Assembly: GCA_965220745.1 (NCBI GenBank)
Contig: CBDCQT010000011.1
Span: forward strand, 320,001 to 384,000
Reading direction: 5' to 3'
DNA: 64,000 bases
DNA from: Alphaproteobacteria bacterium
Lineage (GTDB): Bacteria; Pseudomonadota; Alphaproteobacteria; UBA828
Shown: positions 21,660-28,865 of the stretch, piece by piece
Layout of the letters: each line of letters begins with the position of its first letter
Position numbering within the stretch: the first letter of the stretch is position 1
The notes under the pieces: generated by a model
Told to the model about the DNA's origin: nothing
Seen by the model: the letters and a program-made list of their open reading frames with translations, nothing else
The model's database searches: none
Translations under genes and position numbers: made by a program

Positions 21660-22217
21660 TTGACTTATATATCAATAACTGATCAAATCCAGGCGCTGGT
21701 GAGAGACGGTCGCCTGCATCACATCGAGCCGGTTGATCCTAGCTTAGAGGTGAAGCGGGTCATGGTGGTGGCGAACGACGTTCAAGCATTGCTCGATGAA
21801 CCATGGCCCAGTGACTGGCTGGAGCGGCGCGCAGGTAGCCTACGGGCCGACTTAGAGATGTTCGTTAGGGGGCAGGTCCTGAGCGTTTCAATGACACCCT
21901 ATGGGCACAAGAAGGCGTATATGGGATTGTTGGACCCTCCGACGAGGGGAGTCTGGGAGATCAGGAGCCGCGATCCGAATCCAAGCTTGCGGGTCTTCGG
22001 GCATTTTGCAGATGTAAATCTGTTTGTAGCATTAGTTTGGCACCCTCGATCCGTCGAAGTCGATGGAAGATCACCTTTGGGCAGCGCGCGTGATCTGAGC
22101 TGGGAGTTCGCAAAATTGGAATGTGAAAAAGCTTGGCAAGGTCTGTTTCCAAATCACCGGCCGCGAATCAGGGAGAAAGTCAGTGACTTCATCTCAGAAG
22201 ATGCAATTCTGGTCTGA
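21660..22217 (+). CDS. Putative RelE/HigB-like toxin (start uncertain)
   Basis: C-terminal half GVWEIRSRDPNPSLRVFGHF...FVAL resembles the RelE/HigB/Gp49 beta-sheet core; first gene of an overlapping operon with an HTH gene. Confidence 0.6.
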   Translation: MTYISITDQIQALVRDGRLHHIEPVDPSLEVKRVMVVANDVQALLDEPWPSDWLERRAGSLRADLEMFVRGQVLSVSMTPYGHKKAYMGLLDPPTRGVWEIRSRDPNPSLRVFGHFADVNLFVALVWHPRSVEVDGRSPLGSARDLSWEFAKLECEKAWQGLFPNHRPRIREKVSDFISEDAILV

Positions 22218-22626
22218 AATCGAGGATCTGGAAGCTCGTATACCGAAGGGTAAACTGGAGTATTTGCGCGAGCGGTTCCGCAACGATTTGTACGACTTTA
22301 TTCTCAGAAAGTATTTGGAGCAGAGGAAAGGGCGGAACCTTAATCAAGCTGAACTGGCGCGAAGGCTGTCCTATGATCCCGCCCGGCTCAATCGGCTGTT
22401 AGGCGCTCCCGGCAATTGGACACTAGCGACGGTGAGCGATTTGCTCGTGGGAATTGCTGGTGAGTCCTTGGACCTTCAATCGACCGCGGTTCGGGGAAAT
22501 ACTGTGCGGAATCAAAATGTGCACGACCTGCTACAGTCGGGGGCGGGTTTGACTATAGAGAGGCATGATGCCGGATCGACAGGGACAGGCAGCGTACGCA
22601 CCATTAGAACGGTGCATGTTCAATGA
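22183..22626 (+). CDS. XRE-like HTH protein, putative antitoxin with C-terminal extension
   Basis: LNQAELARRLSYDPARLNRLLGAPGNWTLATVSDLL HTH; GTG start with GGGAG RBS, overlapping the upstream gene. Confidence 0.72.
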   Translation: MTSSQKMQFWSEIEDLEARIPKGKLEYLRERFRNDLYDFILRKYLEQRKGRNLNQAELARRLSYDPARLNRLLGAPGNWTLATVSDLLVGIAGESLDLQSTAVRGNTVRNQNVHDLLQSGAGLTIERHDAGSTGTGSVRTIRTVHVQ

Positions 22627-23045
22627 CTGAAAACGCTGTGCCGAAGGTGGAAATCCTCTCTGCCATCGTGTGCGACGATGTGCGGGAAGAGCATAACGGT
22701 AAGGAAATTCTAATTGGAGTGTATAGCGGTACAATAGCCGTTCAAGAAATTCCAAGTCCACCTTTACCATTAAGATGTTGGGTTAATCTCAGGATTCAAA
22801 GCTCGAGTAAAGTAAGGCTATACTTTAGAGCACGGGATCATGACAACAATGAGATTTTTCAGGCACAATTGAAGACAGAGACGGACGACGAGATAGGAAT
22901 GGGAAGTGTTCCTTTGGGGCCTATCATGTATACGCTTAAAGAGCCAGAGGGAAGCCTAAGGATCGACTATAAGGAGGGAGACGGCGATTGGTCCAACATT
23001 ATTACAAAGAACGCAAGGTACCAAAGCAAGCAAACGTTGGGATAG
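22623..23045 (+). CDS. DUF6941-like beta-rich protein
   Basis: AIVCDDVREEHNGKEILIGVY N-terminal motif; ATGA coupling to the HTH gene. Confidence 0.65.
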   Translation: MTENAVPKVEILSAIVCDDVREEHNGKEILIGVYSGTIAVQEIPSPPLPLRCWVNLRIQSSSKVRLYFRARDHDNNEIFQAQLKTETDDEIGMGSVPLGPIMYTLKEPEGSLRIDYKEGDGDWSNIITKNARYQSKQTLG

Positions 23046-23117
23046 TATTCGTTGCCGACTGGGTCATCGACATCGCGTTCAGAACCCAATCCGACATCCC
23101 ACGAGGAGCACACAGAG

Positions 23118-23954
23118 ATGAAAATCGGCGCCGTCATCTTCGCCACCGACTATTGCATCGCGCTGACCGAGCTCGCGCCTGCGCTTGAGGAGCGGGGGTT
23201 CGACTCGCTCTTCGTGCCCGAGCACACCCACATCCCCGCCAGCCGACGCTCGCCCTGGCGGGGCGGGGGAGAGCTGCCGCGGGAATACTCCCACACGCTC
23301 GACCCCTTCGTGGGGCTGGCGGCAGCCGCGGCAGTCACCAGCACGCTCCGGCTCGGCACCGGCATCTGCCTGGTCACCGAGCGCGACCCCATCGTCACCG
23401 CGAAGGCGGTGGCGAGCCTCGATCTGGTCTCGGGCGGGCGCTTCGACTTCGGCATCGGCGCGGGCTGGAACGCCGAGGAGATGGAGCACCACGGCACCCG
23501 CTTCGAGACCCGTTTTCGGGTCATGGAGGACCGGGTCAAGGCGATGCAGGCACTCTGGGCTGCGGACGAGGCGAGCTACGAGGGCGAGTTCACGTCCTTC
23601 GAGCCGAGCTGGTCCTGGCCCAAGCCGGTGCAGAAGCCACATCCGCCGATCCTGCTCGGCGGAGAGTCCGTGCACACCATGCGCCGGATCATGGATTTCT
23701 GCTCGGGCTGGTTCCCGCGCGGCCCGCTTCTGCCCGATCCGGCCGAGGGCATGGGCAGGCTCCGCGCTGCCGCCGAAGAGGCCGGGCGCGATCCCGCGAC
23801 TGTCTCCGCCACGGTCTTCGGTGCCAAGCCCGAAGCCGGCTATCTGGATGCTTGTCGGGAGGCCGGGATGGACCGTGCGCTACTGATCCTGCCGCCCGAA
23901 GGGCGCGACGGGGTGATGCCGGTCATCGACCGCTACGCGGCGCTCATCGGATAA
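23118..23954 (+). CDS. LLM-class oxidoreductase (F420-dependent-like, Rv2161c-type)
   Basis: FVPEHTHIP, DPFVGLAAAA, GIGAGWNAEE, PKPVQKPHPPILLGG; GAGGAG RBS. Confidence 0.9.
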   Translation: MKIGAVIFATDYCIALTELAPALEERGFDSLFVPEHTHIPASRRSPWRGGGELPREYSHTLDPFVGLAAAAAVTSTLRLGTGICLVTERDPIVTAKAVASLDLVSGGRFDFGIGAGWNAEEMEHHGTRFETRFRVMEDRVKAMQALWAADEASYEGEFTSFEPSWSWPKPVQKPHPPILLGGESVHTMRRIMDFCSGWFPRGPLLPDPAEGMGRLRAAAEEAGRDPATVSATVFGAKPEAGYLDACREAGMDRALLILPPEGRDGVMPVIDRYAALIG

Positions 23955-25428
23955 GCAGGCGCCGCCCGAGGTGGGCCGGAGTCAACGAGCGAAAAGCCTC
24001 TCTCGCAGCCTCGGCGCCGAGCGCGCCCCAAAGCGCGCCACCGAGCACGGCCCCTCCAAGCGCGCCCCATGGCTTCCGTTCCGCAAGCGGCTGCACAGCC
24101 CCGCGCCTGCCCTTGACACGGACCTTGAAGGATTCGGCCGGCGCGGGCACGGGGAACTGCGTGGTCTTCAGGTTGTAGGCGGCCCGGTCGAGGTCGAGGT
24201 CAACCTCGTGCAGGATGGTCGCCATGGTGACGGCGATCTGCACCTCGGCGAAGCCGTTGCCGAGGCAGCGATGGGGGCCGAGGCCGAAGGGCGCGTAGAC
24301 GTAGGGCTGCTTGTGCTCCGCACGCTCCGGCGTGTAGCGGTCGATGTCGAAGCGCTCGGGTTCGGGGAAGTATTCCGGCAAGTAGTGGGGAACGGCGGTG
24401 GCGATGATCAACCGCTCGCCGGCGGGAATGCGATGGCCTGCGAACTCGAACGAGTTGGCGGCGGTGCGGATGAGCATCGGGGTCACTGGATACATCCGCA
24501 TGGTTTCCATGGCCGCGCGGTGCGTCGCGTCCATCTCGCGTAGCGCCTGCTCGGCCGGCATGTCGCCGTTGAGGAGGGCGTCGGCCTCCTCCCGCACCTT
24601 CGCCAGCACGTCCGGGTTGCGCAGCAGCGCATACAGCATGAAGGCGGTGGTGCCTGCCACCGTGTCCAGCGCCGCGACGAAGGGGCCCATCGCCGCGATC
24701 TTCAGGTCCGCCTCGGGAAAGAACTTCGGGTCGGCGTCGTGCAAGTCCAGCAGGTCGTCGATCAGGTCCGGCTCCGCACCGTGCCGCTCCCGCATGGCGC
24801 CGGTGTGGCACTCGATCACCTCGTGGTAGAGCTTGTCCACGCGTGCCGAGGCGCGGCGGAAGCGCGGCGACCAGCGCATATAGGTGCCGGGGACCAGGGT
24901 GGCCGAGAGCAGCCCGTGAACGTAGCGGACCAGGTCGTCGTTGTAGGGGCGGGGCGAAACGCCGGCCACCAGGGTGCCCACCTGGTCGGTGACGATCCGC
25001 TGCAGCGCCGGCACCGCGGGCATGGACCGCGAGAGCGGCCACGTCGCGATCTCCCGGCGAGCGATGTCGACCAGGCCGTCGATGTGCTCCACGGCGTACT
25101 CGCGGGAATAGCCCCGCCGTAACGTCCGGCGAAATGCCGCGTGCTCGGGCCCGTCGGAGCTCAGCGTCGACCGCGCTGCGCCGAACCAGGCGTTGAAGCC
25201 GCTCCAGAACTCGAACGAGCGAACGTGCTTCGTGCCCTCGCGCGCGAGGAAGCGGTTGGCCTCCATCCCGGCCAGCACGGTGAAGCGACGGTTGAGCAGC
25301 CGCATACCGTAGACCGGCCCGAGTTCCAGGTAGCTGTCGGTCATGAAGGCGCGTATGTCGCGCGCCATGTCGAAGACGCTGCCAACAACCGGCAGGCCGC
25401 GCGCGAACGGTATCGTCGAGGACGCCAT
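23944..25428 (-). CDS. Cytochrome P450
   Basis: ETMR (ExxR), PERF, FGLGPHRCLG heme-thiolate motif. Confidence 0.95.
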   Translation of the reverse strand: MASSTIPFARGLPVVGSVFDMARDIRAFMTDSYLELGPVYGMRLLNRRFTVLAGMEANRFLAREGTKHVRSFEFWSGFNAWFGAARSTLSSDGPEHAAFRRTLRRGYSREYAVEHIDGLVDIARREIATWPLSRSMPAVPALQRIVTDQVGTLVAGVSPRPYNDDLVRYVHGLLSATLVPGTYMRWSPRFRRASARVDKLYHEVIECHTGAMRERHGAEPDLIDDLLDLHDADPKFFPEADLKIAAMGPFVAALDTVAGTTAFMLYALLRNPDVLAKVREEADALLNGDMPAEQALREMDATHRAAMETMRMYPVTPMLIRTAANSFEFAGHRIPAGERLIIATAVPHYLPEYFPEPERFDIDRYTPERAEHKQPYVYAPFGLGPHRCLGNGFAEVQIAVTMATILHEVDLDLDRAAYNLKTTQFPVPAPAESFKVRVKGRRGAVQPLAERKPWGALGGAVLGGALWGALGAEAAREAFRSLTPAHLGRRLLIR

Positions 25429-25699
25429 CTCCCAGCCCTCTGCGGTCGTGCCCCTGCCCCTTGTCCCGCGGGGCGGGCGGGCTACAGGGTGCCGCCGCCT
25501 GCTCCTATCATGGGGTGGGTGACGACCGAATACCAGCACTTCCGCTATGTCGGAAGGCGCGCTCCGGTGTGCCGCCGGCGGGCGAACCGAGTGGCGCGAG
25601 AACTCGGGCTATTCTGGCTTGTCGCTGCCTCTGTCCAGACTGTTCGGGGGTGCTCCGCCCGTGCTATAGGCGCGCGCCGACTTCAGGGAGAGAAATACG

Positions 25700-26038
25700 A
25701 TGGACGTGACGGTCGAGCGGCAGGAGAGCGTGTTGGTCGCCCGCGTGAACGGGCGGATCGATCCCAAAGGCGCCGGGTCGCTGGAGACGACGATCACGGC
25801 GGCGCTCCAGAATGGCGACCATGCCATCATCCTGGACTTCGAGCAGCTCACCTATATTGGCAACGTCGGCGTTCGGGCGCTGCGGATCACCGCCAGGGTC
25901 CTGCGCGACCGAGACGTCCGCATGGCCGTCTGCGCACCGCAGGGTGTCGTCGCCGCGGTCTTCTCAGGCGGCGGCGTGGACAGGCTCATCGCGGTCTACC
26001 AGACCAGGGCCGCGGCGCTCGAGGCCCTCGACGACTGA
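25700..26038 (+). CDS. STAS domain / anti-sigma factor antagonist-like protein
   Basis: 112 aa; GRID...IILDFEQLTYI...V..VF..GG.D pattern; GGGAG RBS. Confidence 0.85.
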   Translation: MDVTVERQESVLVARVNGRIDPKGAGSLETTITAALQNGDHAIILDFEQLTYIGNVGVRALRITARVLRDRDVRMAVCAPQGVVAAVFSGGGVDRLIAVYQTRAAALEALDD

Positions 26039-26263
26039 CAAGGGGCTGCGTTCTTCGCGGCCGTCCGCCACAGCGACGGGGAGGATGGCCGCCGAATTGC
26101 AGACCCTCTGGTATGCCACTCGCGCATATGTGACTGCCCGCGGGGTTGGCACGCGCTATGATCGTTCGTATCGTTCCGCCCCGTCCGGTTGCAGGGACCG
26201 GGCGAGGACATGAGATTTCCCACGGGGGCCCAGAGCGGTGCCCGCCCTCCCAGGGGGTAGAGA

Positions 26264-26476
26264 GTGGACGCGGCACGTATCGTCATCGAGGTCCTGCAGT
26301 ACTACGGCTATGTCGGGCTCGCCGTCACGGCCGCGTTTCTGCTCTATGGCATCGAGCGGGTGGATGAGGGCGCGCGGCGCTCCTACGCCTTCCGGCCGCT
26401 CCTGATCCCCGGCTGCATCGTGCTCTGGCCGCTGGTGATTTGCCGCTGGGTCGCGGCGGAACGGCAGCGCGGCTGA
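26264..26476 (+). CDS. Small membrane protein
   Basis: Two hydrophobic segments, FRPLLIPGCIVLWPL; first gene of the operon. Confidence 0.7.
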   Translation: MDAARIVIEVLQYYGYVGLAVTAAFLLYGIERVDEGARRSYAFRPLLIPGCIVLWPLVICRWVAAERQRG

Positions 26477-26489
26477 GCGGGCTCTCGCC

Positions 26490-26669
26490 ATGCAGCGCCG
26501 CCACCGCACCACCCACGCCTACATGTGGAAGGTGCTTGCCATCTTTTTGCCCGCGATGCTGATCGCGGCGCTCGCCATTCGCCAGCACGGGCCGATGGAG
26601 AAATCCGCCGTCCAGATCGAAAAGCCCGCGGCCGAAACCGAAGCGCCCGCCGCCACGGCGGACGAGTAA
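26490..26669 (+). CDS. Small single-TM protein (59 aa, below the ORF-track cutoff)
   Basis: MQRRHRTTHAYMWKVLAIFLPAMLIAALAIRQHGP...; fills the operon gap with 13-15 nt spacers. Confidence 0.7.
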   Translation: MQRRHRTTHAYMWKVLAIFLPAMLIAALAIRQHGPMEKSAVQIEKPAAETEAPAATADE

Positions 26670-26684
26670 GGGGGCGGCTGAGCG

Positions 26685-27767
26685 ATGAGCGTGCGTTACG
26701 CGCCGGTCGGCTGGAACCGCAACAAGATCATCTACGACGTCGTGGTGCTCGCCGCCGCCGTCGCCTACATCCTGCTCTACATCAAGATCGCGCCGGGCTT
26801 CCAGGACGTCACCAAGCCGACCAGCGGGGCGATCCTGCGGGCGCAGGCCTTCGGTACCTGTGCCTTCCTGATGCTCACCTTCATCCTCTGCATCGGGCCG
26901 CTCACACGCCTGGATGCGCGCTTCCTGCCGCTGCTCTACAACCGTCGCCACTTCGGCGTGATCACGTGCGCCATCGCGTTTACGCACGCCACCCACGTGG
27001 TCAGCATCTATTACTCGTTCAGCCCGCTGAACAAGTACGTCGCGGTGCTGGCGAGCAACACGAGCTACGACCGCTTCCTCGGCTTCCCGTTCGAGACCTT
27101 CGGCATCTTCGCGCTCTTCCTGTTGTTGGTGCTCGCGGCCACGAGCCACGACTTCTGGCTCAAGTTCCTGACACCGCCGATCTGGAAGGCGATCCACATC
27201 TCGGTCTACGTCGCCTATGCGGCGATCGTCTGCCATGTGGCGCTCGGCTCCCTGCAGTCGAAGCAGAGCCCGCTGCTCGCGGTCATCGTGGGCTTGAGCG
27301 TGGTGGCGGTCACCGGCCTCCACCTTGTCGCCGGGCGTATCGAGCGGCAGAAGGACCGGAATACCGCCGAGGATGCGGCCGGGAGTACCGACGAGGCGCC
27401 CTGGGTCGTCGCCGGCGACGTGGAGTCGGTGCCCGACGGCCGCGGCATCGTCGTGCCGCTGGAGGACGGCGAACGCGTTGCGGTGTTCCGTTATGGTGAC
27501 AAGCTCTCTGCGCTCGCGAATGTCTGCGCCCATCAGAACGGCCCGCTCGGCGAAGGGCGCATCATGGACGGTTGCGTGACCTGCCCGTGGCACGGTTTCC
27601 ACTACCGGCCCGAGGACGGCTGCGCGCCGCCGCCCTTCACCGAGAAGGTCGCGACCTATCGGCTCAAGCTCGATGGCCGGCGGATCCTGCTCGATCCCCG
27701 ACCAAACGAGCCCGGCACCTATGTCGAGCCCGTGCGCGTCGCTCCCCCGAGCGTGACGGAGGCGTAA
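26685..27767 (+). CDS. Ferric reductase-like transmembrane domain fused to a C-terminal Rieske [2Fe-2S] domain
   Basis: NRRHFGV, H..H, WKAIH, H heme-b-type ligands in TM helices; CAH...CPWH Rieske motif. Confidence 0.88.
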   Translation: MSVRYAPVGWNRNKIIYDVVVLAAAVAYILLYIKIAPGFQDVTKPTSGAILRAQAFGTCAFLMLTFILCIGPLTRLDARFLPLLYNRRHFGVITCAIAFTHATHVVSIYYSFSPLNKYVAVLASNTSYDRFLGFPFETFGIFALFLLLVLAATSHDFWLKFLTPPIWKAIHISVYVAYAAIVCHVALGSLQSKQSPLLAVIVGLSVVAVTGLHLVAGRIERQKDRNTAEDAAGSTDEAPWVVAGDVESVPDGRGIVVPLEDGERVAVFRYGDKLSALANVCAHQNGPLGEGRIMDGCVTCPWHGFHYRPEDGCAPPPFTEKVATYRLKLDGRRILLDPRPNEPGTYVEPVRVAPPSVTEA

Positions 27768-27768
27768 G

Positions 27769-28557
27769 ATGGCAGGCAGGGCGCGTGATCCCGGTTTCTT
27801 CGTCGGCTACCTGAACAGCGTGCCGCGCCCGCTCGCGATCTTCCTGGTGGTCGGTGCTGCCGCGCTCGTCGGCGGCATGGCTGGGCTGGCCTTCGCGCTC
27901 GGCACCAACGTGAACGACCCCGGCGACGGCACGTTCGCCCGCAAGCTCGGCAAGCAGGAGATGACCGGGGTCCTGCTGGAGAAGCCCTATCCGATCCTGC
28001 GCGTCCGCCCGGACGCGAAAAATCCCGAAGCGCGCACGGTGATGCTCACCGTGCCCGGCAAGCGCAGTGTCAAGCGGCGCGGCCGCAAGCTCTTCGATCA
28101 GCTCGTCGACGTGAAGGGCTTCATGTTCCAGCGCGGCGACATCGACATGCTGCAGGTCCAGGGCAAGGGCGCGTTGAAGGCGGTGGAGGTCGCCGAAGGC
28201 GAGCCGCCACCCGAATTCACCCCGGCGCCCGCCGAATCCCTCGGCCGCTGGCGCCTCATCGGCGAGATCTGCGACAGCAAGTGCCATCTGGGCGCCATGC
28301 GGCCGGGCGACGGGCTCGCGCACAAGGCCTGCGCCAACCTTTGCATCTCCTCCGGCGCACCGCCGATCTTCGTCACGGCGGAGGAAGGCGCGGTCGAGGG
28401 CGAGACCTTCCTGCTGATGGCCGATCAGGACGGCGGGCCGCTCCCCGACCATTTCGGCGACTACGTGGCGATCCTCATTCAGCTCGAAGGCGAGGTCGAA
28501 CGGCTCGACGATCTGCTGGTTTTCAAGGTCGATATCGACGCGGCCAAGGTGTTCTGA
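27769..28557 (+). CDS. Membrane-anchored Cys-motif protein of unknown function
   Basis: N-terminal TM; GEICDSKCHLGAMRPG...HKACANLCI. Confidence 0.75.
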   Translation: MAGRARDPGFFVGYLNSVPRPLAIFLVVGAAALVGGMAGLAFALGTNVNDPGDGTFARKLGKQEMTGVLLEKPYPILRVRPDAKNPEARTVMLTVPGKRSVKRRGRKLFDQLVDVKGFMFQRGDIDMLQVQGKGALKAVEVAEGEPPPEFTPAPAESLGRWRLIGEICDSKCHLGAMRPGDGLAHKACANLCISSGAPPIFVTAEEGAVEGETFLLMADQDGGPLPDHFGDYVAILIQLEGEVERLDDLLVFKVDIDAAKVF

Positions 28558-28560
28558 GCG

Positions 28561-28812
28561 ATGAAGCGTGTCGCCTGGATCATAGCCGGCGCGATCGTGA
28601 CCGCCGGCCTCGGCTACGCCTCCTACTGGGTCTATCTGGAGGTGCAGCAGCAGGTTCGCGGCACGCTCATTTCAGGCTTCGGCATCTTCGTCGGCGTCAT
28701 GGGTGCCTTCGCCATGCTCGGCGTGGCCCACATCGTCTTCACCTACGCCGAGCGCCTGCTGTGCAAGCGCAAGACGCCCCCGGCCGAAGACAAGACTCCA
28801 GAGGGCGCGTGA
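28561..28812 (+). CDS. Small two-TM membrane protein
   Basis: Hydrophobic 83-aa ORF starting 3 nt after the upstream stop. Confidence 0.65.
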   Translation: MKRVAWIIAGAIVTAGLGYASYWVYLEVQQQVRGTLISGFGIFVGVMGAFAMLGVAHIVFTYAERLLCKRKTPPAEDKTPEGA

Positions 28813-28865
28813 CGATCGAATAGACGCGGCACGCGAGCCGTTCAGTGGCGGGAGGCAGGGTCCCC

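Larger units (their letters stand above)
21497..23091. mobile_element. Low-GC three-gene cassette bounded by imperfect 16-bp inverted repeats
   Basis: Visibly lower GC than the flanks. GATGGGGTTCTGGACG (21497-21512) and CGTTCAGAACCCAATC (23076-23091) are reverse complements at 14/16 positions. No transposase or target duplication seen. Confidence 0.45.

Noticed and set aside
26147-26161. Sigma-54-like TGGCACG upstream of the redox operon
   Set aside because: The -12 element reads ATGA rather than TTGC; the invariant GC is missing.
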